Source: a virus
Taxonomy: Duplodnaviria > Caudoviricetes
DNA length: 64,000 nt
IMG/VR virus record: IMGVR_UViG_3300032248_000171
Span: 1-64,000 of that record
Strand: one strand, 5' to 3'
The stretch's first letter is position 1; every line of letters begins with the position of its first letter. The notes under the pieces are model-generated. The model searched no databases and had not been told where the DNA came from. It saw only the letters and a program-made list of their open reading frames with translations. The position numbers were made by a program, and so were the translations under genes. Shown here one piece after another: positions 19,854-30,177 of the stretch.

Positions 19854-21290
19854 ATGTCAGATTCAAGACTTTTGCAGGAAAAGTGGGCACCTGTCCTTAA
19901 CGCTAATGGCGCTGGTCTCTCAGAGATCAAAGACCCATATCGTAGAGCAGTTACCGCCGCCCTGCTAGAAAACCAAGAAAAAGCAGTCCGTGAAGAGTAC
20001 GGAATGCTAAACGAAGTATCAGTCAACAGCCTTGGTGGCGTTGGCGGTTACGCTGGAACTGGTGCTCTTAGCGCAAGTTCAGGTTCAACAGGACTTGCTG
20101 GTTTCGATCCAATTCTAATCAGCCTAATCCGCCGTTCGATGCCTAACCTTGTCGCTTATGACATCGCTGGTGTTCAACCAATGAGCGGTCCTACTGGACT
20201 TATCTTCGCAATGAGAGCTCGTTACGAAGATCGTGGTGGTGCTGAGGCACTTTACTACGAACCAGATTCAGGATTCTCTGCTGGTTCAGATGCTTCACGC
20301 GCTGCTTATGCTGTTCGTGATGCTGACGGTACTTCATCTTCTGGTGGTTCAACCTCAGATGGTAACAACCCTGCAGTTCTTAACGATGCATCACCTGGAG
20401 CTTACGAAGTTGCTCGCGGCATGACCCGTGAGACTTCTGAAATTCTAGGCGAAGCAGGAACTCTGTTCCGTGAAATGAGCTTCAGCATTGAGAAGACTTC
20501 GGTTACTGCAAAGACCCGTGCTCTCAAAGCTGACTACACTCTAGAACTCGCACAAGACCTCAAGGCTATTCATGGTCTTGATGCTGAGCAGGAACTAGCA
20601 AACATTCTCTCCAGCGAAATCCTTGCTGAAATCAACAGAGAGATCATCCGTACTGTTTACACCGTTGCTCAGGCAGGTGCTCAACAAGACGTTGCTACTC
20701 CTGGTACTTTCGACCTTGACGTTGACTCAAACGGTCGTTGGCAGGCAGAGAAGTTCAAGGGTATGCTCTTCCAACTTCAGCGCGATGCTAATGCTATCGG
20801 TCAGTTGACACGTAGAGGAAAAGGTAACTTTGTTATCTGTTCTTCAGACGTTGCTTCAGCTCTTAACCTTGCTGGCGCTCTTGATTACGCTCCTGCTCTC
20901 AACACTTCATTGAATGTTGATGACACTGGTAACGTATTCGCTGGTGTTCTTCAAGGCGGTATCCGCGTTTACATCGACCCATTCGGTGCTCCTGTTTATT
21001 CACAGACATCAAGTGCTAAGCACTACTACGTCATGGGTTATAAGGGCACATCACCTTATGATGCTGGTCTCTTCTATTGCCCATACGTTCCCCTCCAAAT
21101 GGTTCGTTCGATCAATCCCGACACCTTCCAGCCTAAGATTGGCTTCAAGACTCGTTACGGCATGGTCAGCAACCCATTCGTTTCAACCACTCAATCTAGT
21201 GGTATTGCTGGTGCAACTCCAGACGGTTCAACTCTTACTGCTGGTACTAACCAGTATTACAGAAGAGTTAAGGTTATCAACCTCACCTGA
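19854..21290 (+). CDS. g23: Major capsid protein gp23
   Basis: LLQEKWAPVL, GVQPMSGPTGLIFAMR, LAQDLKAIHGLDAE and FQPKIGFKTRYG motifs; TATAAATA at 19811-19818. Confidence 0.99.
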   Translation: MSDSRLLQEKWAPVLNANGAGLSEIKDPYRRAVTAALLENQEKAVREEYGMLNEVSVNSLGGVGGYAGTGALSASSGSTGLAGFDPILISLIRRSMPNLVAYDIAGVQPMSGPTGLIFAMRARYEDRGGAEALYYEPDSGFSAGSDASRAAYAVRDADGTSSSGGSTSDGNNPAVLNDASPGAYEVARGMTRETSEILGEAGTLFREMSFSIEKTSVTAKTRALKADYTLELAQDLKAIHGLDAEQELANILSSEILAEINREIIRTVYTVAQAGAQQDVATPGTFDLDVDSNGRWQAEKFKGMLFQLQRDANAIGQLTRRGKGNFVICSSDVASALNLAGALDYAPALNTSLNVDDTGNVFAGVLQGGIRVYIDPFGAPVYSQTSSAKHYYVMGYKGTSPYDAGLFYCPYVPLQMVRSINPDTFQPKIGFKTRYGMVSNPFVSTTQSSGIAGATPDGSTLTAGTNQYYRRVKVINLT

Positions 21291-21308
21291 TTTTCAGGTT
21301 ACTCTTTC

Positions 21309-21336
21309 AGACCTCCCTCACGGGGGGTCTTTTTTT
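21309..21336 (+). terminator. Intrinsic terminator after g23
   Basis: AGACCTCCC-TCAC-GGGGGGTCT followed by a T-run. Confidence 0.9.
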
Positions 21337-21367
21337 ATGGGAATAAATACAAGAAAAGGATTTAGTT

Positions 21368-21883
21368 ATGGCATCAAAATGGTATAACGACCAACCAAAA
21401 AATAGAAATTTTCTCGCTCCAACTGGGTTTAAATTGGAGTTAGCATTATATGCTGGTGTTGATTTTTATTGTCAAGAAGCTAACATACCAGATATCAGTG
21501 CTCCATCAGTTGAAGTGCCGACCAGATTCAGAGGTATTCCTATTGCAGCATCAGGTGGCGTTACTTATGGAGATCTTCGTTTAAAATTTATCATAGATGA
21601 AGATATGCAAAATTATTTAACTATTCATAAATGGATTAGAAAAAATAATTTAGCAGATGAAATGGATACTCAATCAGATCCAGAATATTCACAGGGACAA
21701 TTAATTATATTGAATAGTAATTTTAACGCAAATATTATTATTGATTATGATGATTTATTTCCAGTTGATTTATCGGGAGTTGATTTTAATGTTGCTGATA
21801 CAGATGTTGATTACTTAACTGCAACAGCAACTTTTAAATTTACAGATTTTAGATTTACTAATAAGCAAAACAAAAGGATTTAA
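21368..21883 (+). CDS. g3: Tail completion/tube terminator gp3
   Basis: NRNFLAPTGFK, FYCQEANIP and FIIDEDMQNY motifs; late promoter at 21343; synteny after g23. Confidence 0.88.
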   Translation: MASKWYNDQPKNRNFLAPTGFKLELALYAGVDFYCQEANIPDISAPSVEVPTRFRGIPIAASGGVTYGDLRLKFIIDEDMQNYLTIHKWIRKNNLADEMDTQSDPEYSQGQLIILNSNFNANIIIDYDDLFPVDLSGVDFNVADTDVDYLTATATFKFTDFRFTNKQNKRI

Positions 21884-21886
21884 TTT

Positions 21887-22363
21887 ATGAAGTTTGAAGA
21901 TTTGAAAACACTTTTTGATCATGTTAAATCAGAATGGCAAGAAGATTCACATATAGATTTTCAATTTAAAAGCAAACAATATTCAGCAGACCTAGCACAA
22001 ATCTCACTAGACATCCCTTACCAACACAATAAATACTTAAACTTCTACACAGATTTCTCTACTGAGAAGACGGGATTGGAATTCCAATATCGTATGAAGC
22101 TCAAAGAGAAACGAGAATATTATCAAGGTGAAGCAGACCCAGAGGTATATAAAGAAAAACCATTTGGGCAATCCATCAAAACTTCTGAGAAGATGAAAGT
22201 TTATCTCGAAGCAGACCAAGATTTAATTAACATCGAAATGAAAATAGAGTTTATTAATAAGGCACTATTCTTTTTGGATAATATTTTAAAGATGATTTCC
22301 AACAGAAGTTTCCAAATTAAAAACGCTATTGAATGGGAGAAATTTATTAACGGAAACACATAA
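21887..22363 (+). CDS. uvsY: Recombination mediator UvsY
   Basis: YYQGEADPEVYKEKPF and ISNRSFQIKNAIEWEKF motifs. Confidence 0.92.
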   Translation: MKFEDLKTLFDHVKSEWQEDSHIDFQFKSKQYSADLAQISLDIPYQHNKYLNFYTDFSTEKTGLEFQYRMKLKEKREYYQGEADPEVYKEKPFGQSIKTSEKMKVYLEADQDLINIEMKIEFINKALFFLDNILKMISNRSFQIKNAIEWEKFINGNT

Positions 22364-23841
22364 TGTCAAATCTGGTAGTAGCAAAGAAGAACAATATCTT
22401 CTTGACAATTAATGCAGAACCCCACGTTCACTATGAACTCTCTGACTATTTCACATTCGACATTCCTAACGCTAAGTTCATGCCTCAGTATAGGAGCGGA
22501 GTGTGGGATGGAAAGATTCGCCTATACTCTCCAGGAACAGGAGAACTCTATTGCGGTCTCATCAGCCACCTTAAAGAATGGTGTGGAATCAAAAATTATT
22601 CAATTGACTTCAAACCAAACAAGTTCTACGGAGATGTTGAAGAACACAACGACTACATTACACTAGAAGGTGTAAAAGGTTTCATGGGAGTTGTGTGCCC
22701 TAACCACACCCCACGCGACTATCAAGTTCAAGCAGTGTATGAAGCATTGCTACACAATCGTAGGTTGCTACTATCACCAACAGCATCAGGTAAATCATTG
22801 ATGATTTATTCTTTGGTGCGTTATTACTATGCTTTGGAATACAAAAAGACAGGAAAGAAAACTCTTATCATTGTTCCTACTACTTCTCTGGTGGAACAGA
22901 TGTATAAAGATTTTGAAGATTATGGTTGGGATGTAGAAGAGAACTGCCATAAAATCTACGGTGGTAAAGATAAAAACGTAGAGAAAGCAGTTATCATTTC
23001 TACGTGGCAATCTATCTACAAGTTTCCCAAAAGATGGTTTGATGACTTCTCCTGTGTCATCGGTGACGAAGCACACCTGTTTAAATCAAAATCACTTACT
23101 GGCATCATGACTAAATTGCATGAAGCTAAGTATCGTTTTGGTTTCACTGGCACCCTAGATGGTTCTGCTACACACAAGTGGGTGTTGGAAGGATTGTTTG
23201 GTGAATGTAAAGATGTTATTAAAACTGACAAACTGATTAAAGACGGTCACCTATCTGATTTCAGAATCAAAGTGCTGTTACTGAAACATGAGAGAGAAGA
23301 GTTCTTTGATTACCAATCTGAGATTGATGCGATTGTTGATTGTCAGAAGCGTAATCGTTTAATTAAAAATCTTGTGCGTGACCTTGAAGGTAATACTCTT
23401 GTGTTGTTCAACTATGTTGAGCGTCACGGAATGCCTTTACACGAGAGCATAAATAATGTTGTTAAAGAAGGTCGTAAAGTTTTTCTGGTCTATGGTGGAG
23501 TAGACACAGAAGAACGCGAAGAGATTAGAAGACTCACTGAGATTGAAAACGATGCAGTGATTATAGCTTCATACGGAACATTCAGCACAGGCATTAACAT
23601 TCGTAATCTTCATAATGTTGTATTTGCTTCTCCATCAAAATCAAGAGTAAGAAACTTACAATCTATTGGTAGGGTGCTTCGTAAAGGTCATAACAAAACC
23701 TACGCAACTCTTTACGATATAGCAGATGAATTCTGCAGAACCCCTCAGAAAAATTATACCCTGAAGCACCTAGATGAAAGATTGAAAATTTATGAAGAAG
23801 AAAAATTTAATGTAGAAATCATAAAAATCGATTTAAAATAA
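22363..23841 (+). CDS. uvsW: SF2 helicase UvsW
   Basis: SPTASGKS, GDEAH, GFTGTL and LQSIGRVLR motifs. Confidence 0.97.
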   Translation: MSNLVVAKKNNIFLTINAEPHVHYELSDYFTFDIPNAKFMPQYRSGVWDGKIRLYSPGTGELYCGLISHLKEWCGIKNYSIDFKPNKFYGDVEEHNDYITLEGVKGFMGVVCPNHTPRDYQVQAVYEALLHNRRLLLSPTASGKSLMIYSLVRYYYALEYKKTGKKTLIIVPTTSLVEQMYKDFEDYGWDVEENCHKIYGGKDKNVEKAVIISTWQSIYKFPKRWFDDFSCVIGDEAHLFKSKSLTGIMTKLHEAKYRFGFTGTLDGSATHKWVLEGLFGECKDVIKTDKLIKDGHLSDFRIKVLLLKHEREEFFDYQSEIDAIVDCQKRNRLIKNLVRDLEGNTLVLFNYVERHGMPLHESINNVVKEGRKVFLVYGGVDTEEREEIRRLTEIENDAVIIASYGTFSTGINIRNLHNVVFASPSKSRVRNLQSIGRVLRKGHNKTYATLYDIADEFCRTPQKNYTLKHLDERLKIYEEEKFNVEIIKIDLK

Positions 23842-23842
23842 T

Positions 23843-24262
23843 ATGGAAGAAGAGTTTTATGCGTCAATGAAACTAACATCTGGTGAAGAGGTTGTAGCAA
23901 AAGTTTGTTACGACCATGATGATGATGTAGTTATTGTTTTCAATCCTCGTGTGGTTGAGAAAGTTGAGATGAATAAAAGAAATATGATTGTAGAAGGAAT
24001 TGTATTTGACGATTGGTTAAATGCTACTGATGAAGATATGTTTATTATTCCTCGTAATCAAATTATTACGATGGTCGAACTCGACAAGCGCATCGAAGGT
24101 TTCTACGAAGATCATCTAAGTGATAAGAGTTTGTATAGAAAATCAAGATCTAAACAATCAAACTCAAACTCAAAAAGACAAAACCCCAAGAACCATCAAG
24201 GTTACTTAGGGTCAATTAAAGAAGCTAAAAGAAATTTAGAACAGATATATAACCAATCTTGA
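23843..24262 (+). CDS. Conserved hypothetical protein with an Sm-like N-terminal pattern
   Basis: YASMKLTSGEEVVAKV N-terminus and GYLGSIKEAKRNLEQIY C-terminus; usual position between uvsW and g55. Confidence 0.75.
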   Translation: MEEEFYASMKLTSGEEVVAKVCYDHDDDVVIVFNPRVVEKVEMNKRNMIVEGIVFDDWLNATDEDMFIIPRNQIITMVELDKRIEGFYEDHLSDKSLYRKSRSKQSNSNSKRQNPKNHQGYLGSIKEAKRNLEQIYNQS

Positions 24263-24277
24263 AAGCGCAACACTGCT

Positions 24278-24306
24278 ATTATATCTGATTCAGAGGGTCT
24301 TGTCAA
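24278..24306 (-). promoter_or_regulatory. Perfect sigma70 consensus promoter on the minus strand (antisense)
   Basis: Reverse complement reads TTGACA-agaccctctgaatcaga(17)-TATAAT. Confidence 0.7.
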
Positions 24307-24311
24307 GCCCC

Positions 24312-24340
24312 TTTACAAACCCCCTGTTACGTGCTATACT
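24312..24340 (+). promoter_or_regulatory. Sigma70-type promoter for g55
   Basis: TTTACA-N17-TATACT with an extended -10 TG. Confidence 0.75.
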
Positions 24341-24363
24341 AAGAGCATGAAACAATAAAATAC

Positions 24364-24882
24364 ATGTTAACAGTAGACAAACCAATGGGTAAAAGAACCG
24401 CCACGAAAGAAAATTACGTCAACAACCGCGAGTTCCTTGATGCCCTCATGGTCTATCGTCAACAAGTTGCTGCAGCAAAAGAATCAGGAACTCCCAAACC
24501 AAAAGTACCAAATTACATTGGAGAATGTTTTTTAAAAATTGCTACTCACTTATCATACAAACCAAACTTTGTTAACTATATGTTTAGGGAAGATATGATT
24601 TGTGATGGCATTGAAAATTGTTTACAATATATTTACAATTTTAATCCAGAAAAATCTACCAATCCTTTTGCTTACTTTACTCAAATTATTTACTTCGCTT
24701 TTCTTCGTCGTATTCAAAAAGAAAAAAAACAATTAGAAATTAAATCAAAAATTCTTGAAAGGTCTGGATTTGATGAAGTTTTGCATATGGATAGCCACAG
24801 TGGTGACATGTATGGTTATAGTAGTAGTTCCGCTGACATGAACAGCATCAAAGAAAACCTTGAAATGAGATCTAAACGATGA
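24364..24882 (+). CDS. g55: Late sigma factor gp55
   Basis: YVNNREFL, YIGECFLKIATHLSYKPNFVNY and NPFAYFTQIIYFAFLRRI motifs. Confidence 0.97.
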   Translation: MLTVDKPMGKRTATKENYVNNREFLDALMVYRQQVAAAKESGTPKPKVPNYIGECFLKIATHLSYKPNFVNYMFREDMICDGIENCLQYIYNFNPEKSTNPFAYFTQIIYFAFLRRIQKEKKQLEIKSKILERSGFDEVLHMDSHSGDMYGYSSSSADMNSIKENLEMRSKR

Positions 24883-25928
24883 CGATTGCTCTTATTACGG
24901 ATCAACATTTGGATGGCAGGAAAGGAAGTATTGCATTTTGGGAATACTTTCAAAAGTTTTATGATGATATTTTCTTCCCCACACTAGAAAAACATAACAT
25001 CAAACAAATTGTTGATCTTGGCGATACTTTTGATAATCGTAAAGGTATCGATTTTAATGTATGGAATCGTGTGCGTAAACATTACTTCCAGCGTCTAGAA
25101 GATATGGGAATTTATGTTCACATGATTCTTGGCAATCATTGTGTGTATTACAAAAACACCAATGAAATTAATTCACCCGAACTTCTATTAAAAGATTTTA
25201 GTAACATTGAAATCTATTCCAAACCAGAAACAGTAATGATTGAGGATACTAAAATCCTTATGATGCCATGGATTAACTCTCAGAACTATGAAGAAACCAT
25301 GCGTTGGATTGAAGATACCAATGCTGAGATTGCTATGGGTCATTTAGAATTAGATGGATTTGAAATAACTCCTGGCATGAAACATGAAGGTGGCATGAAT
25401 CCAAAACTTTTTTCTAAATTCAAACAAGTATTTTCTGGTCACTACCACCACAAATCATCTAAAGGTAATATTACTTATCTTGGTAATCCTTACCAGATGT
25501 TCTGGAATGATTATAAAGACGAACGAGGATTTCATCTCTATGAACCAAAGACAAATAAACTCAAGCGGGTCAAGAACCCTTATGAGATTTTCACGAAAGT
25601 ATATTACAATGATGTTACTAATCCTGATATCAGCATCGATCCCGCTGAGTTTACAAATACTTTTGTCAAGATTTTCGTAGAAGAAAAGCGAGATTATCTT
25701 TTGTTTGAAAAGTTTATGGATATCATTTACGCTTCAAACCCACATGATGTTAAGATTATCGAAACTTTAGTTCAAGATAATGTAGAAGACATCGAAGAAA
25801 ACTTGGAGGTTAAGGATACATTAACACTTCTTAATGAATATATTGATGAGGTGGAGTTATCCGTCAACAAAGATAAACTCAAGATGCTAATGAAAACCCT
25901 ATATACAGAAAGCTGTGAAGTAGTATAA
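24879..25928 (+). CDS. g47: Recombination nuclease gp47 (Mre11/SbcD-like)
   Basis: Metallophosphoesterase motifs ITDQH, DLGDTFDNRK, GNH and SGHYH. Confidence 0.96.
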   Translation: MTIALITDQHLDGRKGSIAFWEYFQKFYDDIFFPTLEKHNIKQIVDLGDTFDNRKGIDFNVWNRVRKHYFQRLEDMGIYVHMILGNHCVYYKNTNEINSPELLLKDFSNIEIYSKPETVMIEDTKILMMPWINSQNYEETMRWIEDTNAEIAMGHLELDGFEITPGMKHEGGMNPKLFSKFKQVFSGHYHHKSSKGNITYLGNPYQMFWNDYKDERGFHLYEPKTNKLKRVKNPYEIFTKVYYNDVTNPDISIDPAEFTNTFVKIFVEEKRDYLLFEKFMDIIYASNPHDVKIIETLVQDNVEDIEENLEVKDTLTLLNEYIDEVELSVNKDKLKMLMKTLYTESCEVV

Positions 25929-26215
25929 TGTTCCTTATCACTCTCCAAGAGCATCCCGATGGAGTATACTCGGTCATTGACGACGAGGGTGATCATGTGG
26001 TATACTTCTTTGAAGACGAAGACGATGCCGATAGGTATCTGGGATTACTGGAAGCGAATGATGCTGAAGGTGATCTTCCCCCTCTTAGAACATATGAAGT
26101 CGATGCCAAAGCAGGTATCGGCATGTGTGAATTAAGGGGTATGAAATACATCGTAGTTCAACCCGACGATATTATTATTCCACCGCCCAATTATGATAAT
26201 CTTCAAGACGATTAA
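25928..26215 (+). CDS. Conserved acidic hypothetical protein
   Basis: 95-aa ORF (FEDEDDADRY..LLE, DIIIPP) between g47 and g46, translationally coupled. Confidence 0.75.
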   Translation: MFLITLQEHPDGVYSVIDDEGDHVVYFFEDEDDADRYLGLLEANDAEGDLPPLRTYEVDAKAGIGMCELRGMKYIVVQPDDIIIPPPNYDNLQDD

Positions 26216-27917
26216 ATGGAAGAACTTTCTTTCAACTGGAACTCAATTTACTGAAGTTGATTTAACAAATACAAAAAGCACTATCATCGTTGGGTCTAAC
26301 GGAGCTGGTAAATCTACTATTCTAGATGCTCTGACATTCTCTTTGTTTGGTAAACCATTTCGTAAAATCAATAAACCTCAACTAGTCAACTCCATCAACC
26401 AAACAGATTGTGTTGTTGAGTTGACTTTTGATATTGGTAGGAATAAATACAAAGTGATTCGTGGTATCAAACCTGCCAAGTTTGAGATCTACCAGAATGG
26501 AGCGATGCTAGATCAAAACGCTTCTGCGGTAGATCAGCAAAAATATTTTGAACAAACACTTCTCAAAATGAACTATAAATCTTTCACACAGATTGTAGTT
26601 CTGGGTTCATCTACTTTCGTTCCCTTTATGAGATTGCCATTAGCATCTCGCAGGGAAATCATTGAAGACATTCTTGACATTCAAATCTTCTCAACGATGA
26701 ATGTTAATTTAAAAGAAAAAGTAAAAATTATTAATGATGAACTGAAAGACCACGAATATAAACTGTCACTTGTCAAAGAGAAGATTGACATGCAGAAGCA
26801 GTTTATGCTTGACATCGAAAAGAAAAACAAAGAAGATATCGAAGTTAAGGAGAACAGGAAACAAGAACTCCTAATAGAGGCACTTAATCATGAGACAACA
26901 ATTCTCAATAACGACACGGAAATCGACACTAAGACCACTGCCGTTTCAGACACGCAGAAAATTAAAGCAACGATCTCTAAGGTTGATTCGTTACGAAACA
27001 AAATTGCATCCAAACAAAAGTCACATCATAAGGAAAAAATATTCTTTGAGCAGAATGATTCATGCCCGACATGCGGACAGAACATTGAGGAGCATTTTAA
27101 ACAAGAGAAGATCCAAGTTCTCTCGGATAAACTTGTTGAGGTGGAGAAAGCTATGTCTGATTTGGGACAACAACTTTCCAACCTCCAAACTCAAGAGAAT
27201 ACCTTTGTTCTTCTGATTGATGAGATAAACGAACTCAATCAGCAAAACAGACAATTGAATAATGAAATTAAATCACTTCATAGAAGAATTGAGGAACTGG
27301 ACCACGACATCAGAAAACTGCGGGATTCAGATGTCAATCAACGGGAGCAGTTTTCAATACTTAAATCGCTCGACGAAGACAGCAAGCAAACTCAAAAGGT
27401 CATTTCAGAAACGAAAGAAGAAAAAGATTGCTTGCTTACCGCCACCCAACTCCTCAAAGACTCGGGCATCAAAACGCGGATCATCAAAAAATACCTCCCA
27501 ACGATGAACAAACTTATCAATGGGTATCTAGAAAAAATGGAGTTTGCTTCTAGTTTTACTTTAAATGAAAACTTTGAAGAAGTAATCAAGTCACGATATA
27601 GGGATGAGTTTAGTTATGAATCTTTCAGCGAAGGAGAGAAGGCTAGGATTGATATCGCTCTGTTGCTTACTTGGCGTTCTGTTGCTAAACTTAAGAATAG
27701 TGTGGATACTAACCTCCTTATACTAGATGAAATTTTTGACGGTTCACTAGACCAATCTGGCAACAGTGATCTAGGATGGATTCTAAAAACCTTTGATGAT
27801 AAAACAAACGTGTTTGTTATTTCTCACCGAGATAATATCGCAGATAAGTTTGACCGCTGCCTCAGATTTGAGAAGCATAAGAACTACTCATACGTCACAG
27901 AGGAAGTATCAGAATAA
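26193..27917 (+). CDS. g46: Recombination ATPase gp46 (Rad50/SbcC-like)
   Basis: GSNGAGKST, zinc-hook CPTCGQ, FSEGEKARID and LILDEIFDGSLD motifs. Confidence 0.97.
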   Translation: MIIFKTIKWKNFLSTGTQFTEVDLTNTKSTIIVGSNGAGKSTILDALTFSLFGKPFRKINKPQLVNSINQTDCVVELTFDIGRNKYKVIRGIKPAKFEIYQNGAMLDQNASAVDQQKYFEQTLLKMNYKSFTQIVVLGSSTFVPFMRLPLASRREIIEDILDIQIFSTMNVNLKEKVKIINDELKDHEYKLSLVKEKIDMQKQFMLDIEKKNKEDIEVKENRKQELLIEALNHETTILNNDTEIDTKTTAVSDTQKIKATISKVDSLRNKIASKQKSHHKEKIFFEQNDSCPTCGQNIEEHFKQEKIQVLSDKLVEVEKAMSDLGQQLSNLQTQENTFVLLIDEINELNQQNRQLNNEIKSLHRRIEELDHDIRKLRDSDVNQREQFSILKSLDEDSKQTQKVISETKEEKDCLLTATQLLKDSGIKTRIIKKYLPTMNKLINGYLEKMEFASSFTLNENFEEVIKSRYRDEFSYESFSEGEKARIDIALLLTWRSVAKLKNSVDTNLLILDEIFDGSLDQSGNSDLGWILKTFDDKTNVFVISHRDNIADKFDRCLRFEKHKNYSYVTEEVSE

Positions 27918-27928
27918 CTTAACAGGGG

Positions 27929-27957
27929 TTGCCATGGCACCCCCTTTGTCGTATAGT
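27929..27957 (+). promoter_or_regulatory. Sigma70-type promoter with the -35 inside an inverted repeat
   Basis: TTGCCA-N17-TATAGT; GGGG-T-TGCCATGGCA-CCCC palindrome. Confidence 0.6.
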
Positions 27958-27980
27958 AGGTTCAACAACGCAAGAGACCA

Positions 27981-30107
27981 GTGACTTTCAACCTAGAAGT
28001 AAAGGGCGGTCTCGCCCGCCTCCTCGCTACTGAGAACCTGATTGTAGAGCACCGCCCTGTCGAAACTGCTTGTTTCGATATTAAAAATCGTGTGCTGACT
28101 CTGCCTATGTGGGAGCGAGCAACTGAAGACGTGTATGATATGCTGGTTGGTCATGAAGTTGGCCATGCTCTTTATACTCCTGATGAGTATGGTGAAGATC
28201 ATGGTGTGCCCCAATCCTATCTGAATGTGGTTGAGGATGCCCGTATTGAGAAGATGATGAAGCGTAAGTTTCCTGGTCTTGCTCGTAACTTCTACGCAGC
28301 ATATCGTCAACTTGCTGATAAAGATTTCTTTGAGATTGGTGACCGTAGCATGGATAGCTACACTCTGATTGACCGTATCAACCTTCACTTCAAGGTTGGT
28401 GTTCATGCTGCCACTCTGATTCCATTTAATGAAGCAGAGAAGACCCTAGTAGATGTAGTTGCCGCCGCAGACACCTTCCAGCAGGTTGTAGATGCCGCTA
28501 AGCGTATCCTAGAATACACTAAGGAACAGGAGCAAGATAAGATTGAAGTGCCCCAAAATGCTCCTACTCAAGGTGGGGGTGATAGCACCCAGTCTGGGGG
28601 TGATGCTTCCTTAGACCAATCTGGGGGGCAGAGTCAAGGGCAGAGTCAGGAGCAGGGTGAGCAAGGCGAACCTAGTGATGTAGACCCAGACAATAGTGGT
28701 GGTGGCACTTCTGGTGGTGACCACAACTACGAATCTGAAACTGATAAAGCATTCAGTGAATCTCAGAAACAACTTGCTAGTAAGTATGGCAATCAAATCA
28801 ACTACATTGAGTTACCTAATCTCAAAGTAGATAGCCTTGTGATTCCTAACAAGCAAGTGATGATAGATTGTGCTGAGCATTATGACCAACAATCTCATCT
28901 TGCTTTTGCTGAAGTTGATAAAGAATACCAGAAGTTTCGCACTGAAGCTCAGCGTGAGGTTAATTACCTCGTGAAAGAGTTTGAGATGCGTAAATCTGCT
29001 GACCAGTATGCTCGTTCTTCGGTTGCTAAAACTGGTGTGCTTGATACTCAGAAACTCCACACCTACAAGTGGAATGAAGATGTGTTTAAGAAAATCAATG
29101 TGGTGCCTGATGGTAAGAATCACGGTCTAATCTTTGTGTTAGATTGGTCTGGTTCTATGGGTGGTTGTCTGACTGACACTGCTAAGCAGCTTCTTAACCT
29201 TGCTTGGTTCTGTCGTAAAGTTCAGATTCCATTTGACATCTATGCTTTCACTAATGAATATAGATGGCAGCGTCTATTCAACTACCAGAGCATGACTCGC
29301 GTTTCTAGTGCCGAACACCACAAAAAAATTCCTGGTCAGGTTTATATTCACAATACTTTCTGTATGATGAATCTGGTTAGCAGTTCTGGTAAGAACAGTG
29401 GAGATTTGGAGAAGCAACTTAAAAACTTCTGGCGTCTTGTCAGGGGAGAATCTGGTTACTCTGGGTATAGCAACCCAGTAGGATATGGTTTGTCTGGCAC
29501 TCCACTGAATGAATCTGTTATTTCTCTGACTGCTATTATTCCTGACTTTAAGAAGCGCACTAAAGCTCAGAAAGTTAGTGTGATTATGCTGAGTGATGGT
29601 GAAGGTCAATCCATTAACTATTGTGTTGAGTTCAAACGCAATGGTATTGCCAAGCAAGGATTGAACTATGTTGATAGTGATTGTATGTTGAGAGACCGTC
29701 AAACTGGGCGAGTGTATCCTCGTTTTTCTTCTTCTTACAATTCGTCAGATAAAGTGACTGGAGTTTTCCTTCAAGCAGTTCGTGACCGATTCCCCGATGT
29801 TAACCTTGTTGGCATTCGATTGATTCGTGGTCGTGAACTTAACAGCACCTACAACAATAGTGAAATCAAAACTCCTTATTCTGAGATTCAGAAACAGTGG
29901 AAGAAATCTAAATCAGCAGAGCTGGTTGGCGCCAATGGATATCAATCTCTTTATGTGATTGGTATCGAAGGTCTATCTGCTACGGGTGAGTTTGAAGTGG
30001 ATGATGATGCCTCTATCAAAGATATTGGTGTAGCATTTGCTCAATCACTTGCTAAAAAAAGTGTCAATAAGAAGATGCTGACTTCCTTTGCTTCACTCAT
30101 CAGTTAA
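27981..30107 (+). CDS. HExxH peptidase-like plus vWA domain protein (CobT-like partner of CobS)
   Basis: HEVGH..NVVEDARIE in the N-domain, a Gly/Gln/Ser linker, and vWA MIDAS motifs LDWSGSM, GTPL, MLSDGE. Confidence 0.85.
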   Translation: MTFNLEVKGGLARLLATENLIVEHRPVETACFDIKNRVLTLPMWERATEDVYDMLVGHEVGHALYTPDEYGEDHGVPQSYLNVVEDARIEKMMKRKFPGLARNFYAAYRQLADKDFFEIGDRSMDSYTLIDRINLHFKVGVHAATLIPFNEAEKTLVDVVAAADTFQQVVDAAKRILEYTKEQEQDKIEVPQNAPTQGGGDSTQSGGDASLDQSGGQSQGQSQEQGEQGEPSDVDPDNSGGGTSGGDHNYESETDKAFSESQKQLASKYGNQINYIELPNLKVDSLVIPNKQVMIDCAEHYDQQSHLAFAEVDKEYQKFRTEAQREVNYLVKEFEMRKSADQYARSSVAKTGVLDTQKLHTYKWNEDVFKKINVVPDGKNHGLIFVLDWSGSMGGCLTDTAKQLLNLAWFCRKVQIPFDIYAFTNEYRWQRLFNYQSMTRVSSAEHHKKIPGQVYIHNTFCMMNLVSSSGKNSGDLEKQLKNFWRLVRGESGYSGYSNPVGYGLSGTPLNESVISLTAIIPDFKKRTKAQKVSVIMLSDGEGQSINYCVEFKRNGIAKQGLNYVDSDCMLRDRQTGRVYPRFSSSYNSSDKVTGVFLQAVRDRFPDVNLVGIRLIRGRELNSTYNNSEIKTPYSEIQKQWKKSKSAELVGANGYQSLYVIGIEGLSATGEFEVDDDASIKDIGVAFAQSLAKKSVNKKMLTSFASLIS

Positions 30108-30123
30108 CCTAATCAATGGGGGG

Positions 30124-30152
30124 TTGCGCTCCGACCCCCTTTCCCCTATAAT
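30124..30152 (+). promoter_or_regulatory. Sigma70-type promoter with the -35 inside a hairpin
   Basis: TTGCGC-N17-TATAAT; GGGGGTTG-CGCTC-CGACCCCC hairpin. Confidence 0.65.
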
Positions 30153-30177
30153 ACTTACATACGAAACGACCCACACC

